Source: Opitutales bacterium
Lineage (GTDB): Bacteria > Verrucomicrobiota > Verrucomicrobiia > Opitutales > Coraliomargaritaceae
Direction of reading: 5' to 3'
Length of the DNA stretch: 18,265 nucleotides
Assembly (NCBI GenBank): GCA_049598495.1
Contig: JBMYNR010000034.1
Coordinates: 1 to 18,265 of the forward strand
The notes under the pieces: model-generated
Told to the model about the DNA's origin: nothing
The model's input: the letters and a program-made list of their open reading frames with translations, nothing else
Databases searched by the model: none
Position numbers and translations under genes: made by a program
Part shown: one piece after another, positions 8,656 to 15,993 of the stretch
Position numbering within the stretch: position 1 is the first letter of the stretch
Layout: each line of letters opens with the position of its first letter

Positions 8656-9060
8656 CTAGGTTTTCCTCTTAAGCGGGCTCCATTCAAGAAGCTTGCGGTA
8701 TCGTGTCCATCGCGCATAGACCGTCACAGCGACGCTCGCACCCACTGTGTCTGCAATCCAGTCGCCCAGTTCGACGGTGCGTCCCGGCGTTAATGATTGC
8801 CTGAACTCATCGAAGGCACCGTAGCCTGATACGATCAATATGGTGATGGCAAGATCTTGCCAATGGCATGCGTGCAGTTTCGGGGTCCGTAGGATTGAGG
8901 TGGCGAGTAGGCCGAAGACCAGAAAGTGTGCGAGCTTGTCCTTGGAAAATTGGAGACCAAAGTCAGGTGTCGCCAGCTCTTTTGCTCCCGAGAGCAGAAA
9001 GATCGTGCCGGCCAGGAGGGCCGGCCAAAGGTAGGCGAGAGGATCGTTTTTTGGCTTCAT
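8656..9060 (-). CDS. VanZ family membrane protein
   Basis: Hydrophobic segments plus DKLAHFLVFGLL and GAFDEFRQSLTPGR..ELGDWIADTVG. Start ATG 9060 preferred; 9093 is possible. Confidence 0.85.
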   Translation of the reverse strand: MKPKNDPLAYLWPALLAGTIFLLSGAKELATPDFGLQFSKDKLAHFLVFGLLATSILRTPKLHACHWQDLAITILIVSGYGAFDEFRQSLTPGRTVELGDWIADTVGASVAVTVYARWTRYRKLLEWSPLKRKT

Positions 9061-9180
9061 TGGTGCAAGCGAGTCATTTCTTAGCGTGGTCATGACGGCT
9101 CATAGAACAGTCCAAGAATCATGATTTGGCTTAGATTACCCTTTCCAAATTTGGATAAGTTGACTTTTTTATGGATATAG

Positions 9181-9486
9181 ATGGCTAAGAATTCTGCCCA
9201 GCGAAGAGAACGTGCGATCGTGCTTATGTTGTTGGGCATGTTGTGTGTATTGCTCGTCTTTTTCGGGGGGCTCGTCCTTAAGACACATCGTGAGTACCAG
9301 AATTTCAAGGAGCGAGAGAATAGAATTGAGGCGAAGCTTCTCCAAGCTCGAAAAGAGTTTGACCAAAAAGAGGCCTATCTCGCCCGATTGCTTGACGATC
9401 CCGAGTTTCTCGAGCGTGTCGTCCGCGAGCGGCTTGGATTTGCGCGGCCCGACGAATTGTTGTTTCGCTTCTCGGATGAGCCGTGA
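9181..9486 (+). CDS. Septum formation initiator family (FtsB/DivIC-like) protein
   Basis: 101 aa: short basic N-terminus, one TM helix, a coiled coil, then the DPEFLERVVRERLGFARPDE signature. Confidence 0.85.
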   Translation: MAKNSAQRRERAIVLMLLGMLCVLLVFFGGLVLKTHREYQNFKERENRIEAKLLQARKEFDQKEAYLARLLDDPEFLERVVRERLGFARPDELLFRFSDEP

Positions 9487-9561
9487 GATTTTACTATAAT
9501 TTTACACCTCTTTGTGGATCGGTGTTTGCATATATCTTTTCGAGACCTATCCAAAAAGCGC

Positions 9562-10989
9562 ATGGCAGACACGACCCCACTTATCGATTCATTTTCCGCC
9601 GCCGGTCAGGCACAGGTTTTCCGGTTCTTCGATGAATTGGACGCAGACGGACAGGCTCAACTACTGGAGCAGGCCAAGACGATCGACCTGAATGAGGTGG
9701 ATGCACTGGTCGCTAAGCATGTAAAGGGTGCGCACGAGGGCGCGCTCAATCTGGATGGGCTCCTTCCTGCGCCCTACATCGCGCTTCCATCGAGTGGCGG
9801 CGATGCGGCTCGATGGGATGCGGCTCGGAAGGCGGGGTCTGCGGCGATCGAGGCAGGTCGAGTGGCTGCATTTACAGTAGCTGGGGGCCAGGGGACACGC
9901 CTCGGGTATGACGGCCCCAAGGGGACTTTTCCGGTCTCCCCGGTGCAGGGAAAGACCCTCTTCCAGGTGTTCGCCGAGAAAATCGCACGCTCTGGCGAGC
10001 GTTTTGGTGTGACCATCCCTTGGTTCATCCTGACCAGTCAAATCAACAACGATGCGACGGTCGCGGCCTTCGAGGCCAATGACTATTTTGGTCTGAGCAA
10101 AGACTCGGTTCATTTTATCGTGCAGGGACTGGTCCCGGCAGTTGACCGCGAAGGTAAGATTCTAATGGCCGCAAAGGGCAAGATTGCGATGACGCCCGAC
10201 GGGCACGGAGGCTCCCTGCGTGCCCTCGTGAGGAGTGGCGCGGTTGAAACCATGAAATCTCTGGGAGTGGATATCGTCAGTTATTTTCAGGTCGATAATC
10301 CCATTGTGCAGTGTATCGACCCGGCATTTATCGGCTTCCACGTGCTCGGTGAGTCGGAGCTTTCGAGCAAGATGGTGCCCAAGGCTTACCCGCTTGAGAA
10401 GGTCGGCCATTTTTGTGAGCAGGACGGCACGATGCTGGTTGTTGAATACAGCGATATGCCGGACGCCATGCAGGAAGAGACCAATGAAGACGGCTCGATC
10501 CGTTTCAAGGCCGGCAGTGTGGCAATCCATGTATTTGATCGCGACTTTATCGAGCGGGCCGGCGGCTCAGGGGCGGGTATAAAGCTGCCGTTCCACCGCG
10601 CGGATAAGAAGATTCCCTACGTGGATGCCGCCGGTGTCTCGATCCAGCCCGATGCGCCCAATGGGGTGAAATTTGAAATGTTTGTCTTCGATGCCCTTCC
10701 CATGGCAAAAAACCCGGTTATCATTGAGGCCGCCCGAGCGGATGATTTCAGCCCGGTTAAGAATGCTGAAGGGGTCGATTCACCCCAATCCTGCAAGGAG
10801 GATCAGCTGCGTATGTTTGCCCGTTGGCTTCAGGCGGCAGGGGAGCGCGTTGAGACCGACGAAACCGGCCTGCCCTTGATCAACTTTGAGATCAGCCCCC
10901 GATTTGCGGCTGATGAGGCCGATTTTATGGCTCGATGGGCCGTATTGGAGCCAAAACCGAAACTTACGGACGGAGTCGTTATTCAGTAA
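9562..10989 (+). CDS. UDPGP type 1 family nucleotidyltransferase (eukaryote-type UDP-N-acetylglucosamine/hexosamine pyrophosphorylase)
   Basis: Motifs AGGQGTRLGYDGPKG, PDGHGG, QVDNP, VVEYSD, KFEMFVFDALP and FSPVKN. No left-handed beta-helix, so it is not GlmU. ATG 9562 preferred over the GTG at 9514. Confidence 0.92.
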   Translation: MADTTPLIDSFSAAGQAQVFRFFDELDADGQAQLLEQAKTIDLNEVDALVAKHVKGAHEGALNLDGLLPAPYIALPSSGGDAARWDAARKAGSAAIEAGRVAAFTVAGGQGTRLGYDGPKGTFPVSPVQGKTLFQVFAEKIARSGERFGVTIPWFILTSQINNDATVAAFEANDYFGLSKDSVHFIVQGLVPAVDREGKILMAAKGKIAMTPDGHGGSLRALVRSGAVETMKSLGVDIVSYFQVDNPIVQCIDPAFIGFHVLGESELSSKMVPKAYPLEKVGHFCEQDGTMLVVEYSDMPDAMQEETNEDGSIRFKAGSVAIHVFDRDFIERAGGSGAGIKLPFHRADKKIPYVDAAGVSIQPDAPNGVKFEMFVFDALPMAKNPVIIEAARADDFSPVKNAEGVDSPQSCKEDQLRMFARWLQAAGERVETDETGLPLINFEISPRFAADEADFMARWAVLEPKPKLTDGVVIQ

Positions 10990-11030
10990 AAAGGCTTTTA
11001 AACTTGAGATGCATCATTCTCACTTCCGGC

Positions 11031-12995
11031 ATGACGTTAATAGAAAAGATCGAATCTGCAGGGGCCAAAGGTTCCCTTCTTGAGAGCACCGTTGCCAATC
11101 TGAAGATATGGTCCAGCGCTGATTTTCTCCCGGAATGGGTGGGCGGCAGTATTGCCGAGCTGGTTGAAAAGGAGGCGTGGGACGAACTCAACGACCGCTT
11201 CTATCAGAATATGGCCTTTGGGACGGGGGGTATCCGTGGTCGCACGATTGGGCGCGTCGCGACGTCCGTGGAAATGGGCACGCTTTCCGAGCAGGGCACT
11301 CCCGAGCACCCCGCAGTGGGCACGAATGTATTGAATGATTTCAATATCATCAAGGCGACCATCGGCCTCTTCCGCTACACAGAGAAGTATCTTAAGGATA
11401 GCGGCCGATTGGAACGTCCCCGTTTTATTATCGCGCATGATGTGCGGCACTTCTCCCGTTACTTCTGTGAGCTGGCCGCATCCACCTGGACCAAGCTGGG
11501 TGGCCAGGCACTCATTTTCGAGGGCCCTCGCTCGACGCCTCAGCTCAGCTTTGCGGTTCGTCAGTTCAATGCCACATGTGGAGCTGTGATTACAGCCAGT
11601 CACAACCCGCCGCATGATAATGGTTTTAAAGCATACTTTGAAGATGGTGCCCAGGTCGTCTCACCCCATGCTGAAGGCATTGTCGGCCTTGTGAACGAGG
11701 TTGCGCTTGAGGAGCTTCCCGAATTCCTTTCGGTTGATACTTCGGATGTCGTTGTTCTTGGGGCGGATGCCGACCAGCCCTATCTTGACTTGCTCAGTGA
11801 GATGGTGGTCGACACCGAAGTGATTCAAAAGGAAGCGCCAAAGGTCGTCTTCTCGCCTATCCATGGATGTGGTGCCATCAGTTCACTGCCCGCACTCGAA
11901 AGAATGGGTGTCGAGGTGGTGACTGTGCCGGAGCAAATTGAGCCCGATGGCCGATTCCCGACCGTTGAATCTCCGAATCCGGAAAACGCTGCTGCACTTG
12001 AGATGGCGATCGCGAAAGCCAATGAAGTGGGTGCTGAAGCGGTCATCGCGACGGATCCCGATGCCGATCGGATGGGGGTCGCCGTGCGAAACCGCGAAGG
12101 GGAGATGGTTCTTCTTACCGGCAACCAGATCGGCACGCTTCTGGCCGAATACCGAATTTCTACTCTCAAGGATGCTGGAATCCTTCCTGATGAAGGCACG
12201 GAAAGTGCCGTTTTGATTAAGACTTTCGTTACCAGTCCGATGCAGGAGGCAGTGGCTTCCTGGCATGGCTTGAAGACGATCAATACGCTCACTGGCTTCA
12301 AATGGATCGGCGAGAAGCTGGCCGTTTATGAAGCACAAATGAAAGAGGAACTCTTCGATAAGGAAGGCCTCGCGCTGGACTATGACGCTTGCGACGTCTG
12401 GACGAAGGCGGATCTGATGCAGGACTATTCCACTTACTTCGTCTTTGGCGGGGAGGAAAGCTATGGTTATCTCGCTTCGGACCGTGTCAGGGATAAGGAT
12501 GCGAACGCTGCTGTCGTTATGTTCTGCGAGCTGGCTGCCTACCTTAAGGCGCAGGAGATGACCTTCCCTGAGTATCTCGATTCACTCTATCTGCAGCATG
12601 GCTACTATGAAGAGAGGACGCTCAATATTTATTATGAAGGCGCGGCCGGTGCACAGAAGATTAAGAATATCCTTGAATCCTACCGAAGCGATGCACCGAA
12701 AGCCTTCGGAGATGTGGCGGTCACGGGCTTTACCGATTTCGGTCGGGACGAGATCTTCGACGCGGATGGCGTGCGTATCCCGCCACAGGACTTCTACTTC
12801 CTTGAATTGAGCAACGGTTACAGCTTTGCCGTCCGTGGCTCCGGGACCGAACCGAAGATCAAGTTCTATGTCTTTGGTCGTTCGGATGTGACTGATCCTG
12901 AAAAGCTCGCCGAGGTGAAGGTCGATGCCGCCAAAGTGATGGAGTCCGTTCTCGCTTCGATCGATACGGATGCCCGCCGGCGGGCAGAGGGCTGA
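11031..12995 (+). CDS. Phospho-sugar mutase (phosphoglucomutase/phosphomannomutase, PGM2-like)
   Basis: FGTGGIRG, phosphoserine TASHNP, metal loop TDPDADR, sugar loop GEESYG and phosphate site RGSGTEPKIK. ATG 11031 avoids overlap with the upstream gene. Confidence 0.94.
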   Translation: MTLIEKIESAGAKGSLLESTVANLKIWSSADFLPEWVGGSIAELVEKEAWDELNDRFYQNMAFGTGGIRGRTIGRVATSVEMGTLSEQGTPEHPAVGTNVLNDFNIIKATIGLFRYTEKYLKDSGRLERPRFIIAHDVRHFSRYFCELAASTWTKLGGQALIFEGPRSTPQLSFAVRQFNATCGAVITASHNPPHDNGFKAYFEDGAQVVSPHAEGIVGLVNEVALEELPEFLSVDTSDVVVLGADADQPYLDLLSEMVVDTEVIQKEAPKVVFSPIHGCGAISSLPALERMGVEVVTVPEQIEPDGRFPTVESPNPENAAALEMAIAKANEVGAEAVIATDPDADRMGVAVRNREGEMVLLTGNQIGTLLAEYRISTLKDAGILPDEGTESAVLIKTFVTSPMQEAVASWHGLKTINTLTGFKWIGEKLAVYEAQMKEELFDKEGLALDYDACDVWTKADLMQDYSTYFVFGGEESYGYLASDRVRDKDANAAVVMFCELAAYLKAQEMTFPEYLDSLYLQHGYYEERTLNIYYEGAAGAQKIKNILESYRSDAPKAFGDVAVTGFTDFGRDEIFDADGVRIPPQDFYFLELSNGYSFAVRGSGTEPKIKFYVFGRSDVTDPEKLAEVKVDAAKVMESVLASIDTDARRRAEG

Positions 12996-13014
12996 GCCCC
13001 TTGTCTTACTGCGT

Positions 13015-14271
13015 TCAGGGCTGTTTCATCCGGTGGGTTATGCTCAGCCGCTTACTTACTCGCACACTCGTGGGTAGCTTCCACGGAGCCAGCTTCCCGC
13101 GGCAGTGGCTGCGAATGGCGCGCTTCCATTCGAGCGGGGATTTTTCTTCACGGCTGACAATCTCACACGCGACCGTGTTTCCGGTAATTGGGTCCTCTTG
13201 TCCGTAAACGCGAACTGTGTCGACGCCTGCAATCTCGTTGATTGTCGCCTCCACTTCGGAGGGATGGACCTTTTGGCCGCCAATATTGATCATTGCACTC
13301 TCACGACCGATGATTCGAAGGTCGCCTGCATTGTTCGTTTCCACCAAGTCCCCGGTCGCGTACCAACCATCGGCTTCCAGACTGTCTGATTTCGCGTTGA
13401 GATAGCCGATGATGCGGGAAGGGGTCTTTAGCCAGAGGACATTGTCGACGACTTTCCATTCCGTATCTTTGTCGGTAATTCGAAAAAAGAGGCTATCGTT
13501 GTTCACGCTCTGGATGCGCACGGCCCCGGTTTCACTCGTCCCGAACTTCTGTTGTAGATCGGCATTCGGAAAGGCCTCGCGCAGGCGCATCAGGACGCCC
13601 TCAGGCATGGCCTCCGCACCGTAGGCGATGATCTCGACGGAACTAAGATCGTATTTTGAGGCGAGCTCCGAAAGGAGTAAGAGATTTAGAAAAGTCGGTG
13701 ATGCCGGTAGCACGTTCGCCTTGTGCTCTGCGATGGCCGCAACAGCCGCCTCGGGGGTGCGCTCCTTCGGAATGACGAGTGTAGAGCCTGTGAAGAGACA
13801 GCGAAAGGCGGTGTCGAGCCCGCCGATGTGGTCGATCAGGAGTAGGAGTAAACAGCGATGCTCCCGCTGCCGGAGATTCTTGTAACGATTTAGTAGGGCG
13901 TCGAGGTTGTGGAGCATGCCCTTCGGTTGCCCACTTGTTCCGCTACTAAAGAGGACGAGGCCGCTGCCGGTCAACTCGTCGTAAAGCTCGGCCGACTCCG
14001 CGACCTGTGCCATCTGTGCCCGCTCAGCGTGCGGGATCTCCATTGGGAGGGGGAGTGCGATATGGCCACTTTCTGCGCAGGCCAAGAGAGTGGCGAGGCC
14101 CTCGATAGTGGTCCTGCTCTCAATCGGGATCACGCTGCGCCCTTTATCCGGGAGCTCGTCAACGGCTTCCGCAATGAGACCCACAAGCTCAATATAGGTC
14201 CATGCGCGCCCGCCTTCATAACAGGCGACCCGATTTTGATACTCGAGGAACTTTTTCCTGATCCAATTCAT
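13015..14271 (-). CDS. Adenylate-forming (ANL / AMP-binding) enzyme, short form; putative acyl-ACP or acyl-CoA ligase
   Basis: P-loop FSSGTSGQPKG, DHIGG, FGTSETG, WYATGDL, GRESAMINIGGQKVHPSEVE and a terminal Lys (HRMKQP). Only 418 aa. Confidence 0.88.
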   Translation of the reverse strand: MNWIRKKFLEYQNRVACYEGGRAWTYIELVGLIAEAVDELPDKGRSVIPIESRTTIEGLATLLACAESGHIALPLPMEIPHAERAQMAQVAESAELYDELTGSGLVLFSSGTSGQPKGMLHNLDALLNRYKNLRQREHRCLLLLLIDHIGGLDTAFRCLFTGSTLVIPKERTPEAAVAAIAEHKANVLPASPTFLNLLLLSELASKYDLSSVEIIAYGAEAMPEGVLMRLREAFPNADLQQKFGTSETGAVRIQSVNNDSLFFRITDKDTEWKVVDNVLWLKTPSRIIGYLNAKSDSLEADGWYATGDLVETNNAGDLRIIGRESAMINIGGQKVHPSEVEATINEIAGVDTVRVYGQEDPITGNTVACEIVSREEKSPLEWKRAIRSHCRGKLAPWKLPTSVRVSKRLSITHRMKQP

Positions 14272-14284
14272 CTGTGAATCGGTT

Positions 14285-14980
14285 CTAGTTCACTCCGCCA
14301 AGATAGAGCACCTGTCCGGTAATAAAGTCGCTTCCCTCTTGCAGGAAAAAGTCGACTGCGTTGATCACATCGCGCACCTCACCCATACGATTGAGCGCCT
14401 GCCGCTCGATCAGCGCGTCCATTTTCGCCTGCGGTACGCCGCGGATTAAATCTGTCTCGATTGGAGTCGGGCCAACGGCATTTACGGTGATTCCGAACTC
14501 GCTGAGTTCTCGGGCGAGAACGCGGGTGAGGCTTTCAACGGCCGCCTTACTGGCCGCATAAACAGACTCGCCTTCAAGGTTAAGGGGGTGGGCAACTGTA
14601 GTGAAATTCACGATACGGCCATTCTTGACTCGTCTCATAAGTTTAGCCATTTCGCGGCAAAAGAGAAAGGTGCCAACGACATTGGTTTGAAGGATTTGGT
14701 TGACGGTGCTGGCTGGTGTCAACACGGCGTGGTTCATCGAAGCGATTCCTGCGTTGTTGATGAGCGCGTCGACGCCTCCGTGCTTCCTTTTTATTGCGCG
14801 AGCCATCTTCACCACGGCATCCTCGTCGCTTACATTCAATGCGAAATGATCGTAATTAGAATGGTCGATAGCGGACTCGCCCCGACTGCAGCCAACAACC
14901 TGCCAGTCTCTACCAAGGTAGTATTCGGCCAGTTCCTTGCCGATTCCCTTGCGTGTGCCTGTGATTACGATGGTTTTCAT
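14285..14980 (-). CDS. SDR family oxidoreductase (FabG-like 3-oxoacyl-ACP reductase)
   Basis: Motifs TGTRKGIG, INNAG, YAASK, ITVNAVGP and FITGQVLYLGG. ATGA overlap with the ACP stop at 14977-14980. Confidence 0.9.
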   Translation of the reverse strand: MKTIVITGTRKGIGKELAEYYLGRDWQVVGCSRGESAIDHSNYDHFALNVSDEDAVVKMARAIKRKHGGVDALINNAGIASMNHAVLTPASTVNQILQTNVVGTFLFCREMAKLMRRVKNGRIVNFTTVAHPLNLEGESVYAASKAAVESLTRVLARELSEFGITVNAVGPTPIETDLIRGVPQAKMDALIERQALNRMGEVRDVINAVDFFLQEGSDFITGQVLYLGGVN

Positions 14981-15273
14981 TGGGGCATCCTTTCTCGAAC
15001 GGCTTCCGCCAAGCTGGTCACGCTCCGGTAGGGGGAGTTCTTGGCGCTCATTGCCTTTTCATCAGCCAACACAATAGATGCCCCGTATTTCTCGGCAATG
15101 GCTTCCTCCAGATCGGCAATCAAGTTAACCAGCGCCATACTATCGAGTGCGCCACCTTCACCATAAAGTAGACTGTCGCTCTGCGGGCTCTTGAGGGCTT
15201 CGAGTTCGAAATCCTTGGCGAGTAAACGGACCGATTCGAGAACGAGGGCTTCGATTTCTTGAGCGTCGGGCAT
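14977..15273 (-). CDS. Acyl carrier protein
   Basis: 98 aa, acidic, with phosphopantetheine site GALDSMALVNLIADLEE. Tightly packed between the sugar transferase and the SDR. Confidence 0.85.
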   Translation of the reverse strand: MPDAQEIEALVLESVRLLAKDFELEALKSPQSDSLLYGEGGALDSMALVNLIADLEEAIAEKYGASIVLADEKAMSAKNSPYRSVTSLAEAVRERMPQ

Positions 15274-15285
15274 GTGAGGGTGGGC

Positions 15286-15861
15286 TTATTCTTGATTGCC
15301 GAGAAACTCGCTGCGGGTGGCGTGGCCATCCTCGGAGATATTGTCACGGCGAATTACAGTGATGACCGTTAAAACGAGGATTTTCAGATCGAGCAAGAAG
15401 GAATGGTTTTCAACATAGTGGAGATCCAATTCAAACTGTCGCTCCCAGGTGAGTCCGTTACGTCCGTTCACCTGGGCCCAGCCTGTGATCCCGGGGCGGA
15501 TCTCGTGACGACGGGCTTGATTCGGCGAATAGCGCTCGAGATAAGCAACAGGGAGTGGTCGGGGCCCTACGAGGCTCATGTCTCCACGCAGCACGTTGAT
15601 GAGCTCCGGCAGTTCATCAAGACTGGTGCTGCGCAAAAAACGCCCCCATGACGTGAGGCGCGCTTCGTCCGTCTCATTGCCTTCCTGCATGGTTCGGAAC
15701 TTGATGATCTCGAATCGCTGACCTCCGCGTCCCACCCGTTCTTGGCGGAAGAGGATCGGGCATCCAAGACAAACGAGTTGAGAGGCCGCCAATACGAGGA
15801 GAGGCAGACTGAGTGCAAGTAGCAAAATAAGTGAACTTATAATGTCGAAGACGCGCTTCAT
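15286..15861 (-). CDS. Small monotopic phosphoglycosyl transferase (PglC/EpsL-like bacterial sugar transferase)
   Basis: MKRVFD followed by a hydrophobic Pro-containing helix, KFRTM, catalytic SLDELP, GDMSLVGPRP, RPGITGWAQVNGRN and C-terminal ATRSEFLG. ATG 15861 preferred. Confidence 0.93.
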   Translation of the reverse strand: MKRVFDIISSLILLLALSLPLLVLAASQLVCLGCPILFRQERVGRGGQRFEIIKFRTMQEGNETDEARLTSWGRFLRSTSLDELPELINVLRGDMSLVGPRPLPVAYLERYSPNQARRHEIRPGITGWAQVNGRNGLTWERQFELDLHYVENHSFLLDLKILVLTVITVIRRDNISEDGHATRSEFLGNQE

Positions 15862-15937
15862 AAATACGGGGCCGTGCTGTAAGGAAATGCAGAACAAGCC
15901 GATTTCATCCATTCATAAACAGTAGTCAAACCAAGCT

Positions 15938-15969
15938 TTGACAGAGGATTCCCCGTGGATATTCTGTCA
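15938..15969 (+). promoter_or_regulatory. Sigma70 promoter of the M29-fold gene overlapped by a dyad (candidate operator)
   Basis: TTGACA (15938-15943), 16 nt, TATTCT (15960-15965). Inverted repeat TGACAGA (15939-15945) / TCTGTCA (15963-15969). Confidence 0.65.
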
Positions 15970-15993
15970 TCTCACAACGAAACCGATAATAAG

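Noticed and set aside
8656..9060. Glycopeptide resistance locus
   Set aside because: VanZ-like membrane proteins are widespread and no vanHAX or vanRS genes are present.
9495..9500. Perfect TATAAT upstream of the pyrophosphorylase
   Set aside because: No matching -35 or extended -10 at the right spacing, and the region is AT-rich, so it is not supportable alone.
10935..11030. N-terminal extensions in the ORF track (mutase 10935; also 853, 7914, 9514, 15912, 15955)
   Set aside because: The extensions overlap neighbouring genes or predicted promoters and precede the recognisable family N-termini.
12982..13006. Hairpin around the mutase stop codon as a bidirectional terminator
   Set aside because: The stem relies on several G-T pairs and a mismatch and has no proper U-tract, so it is too weak to call.
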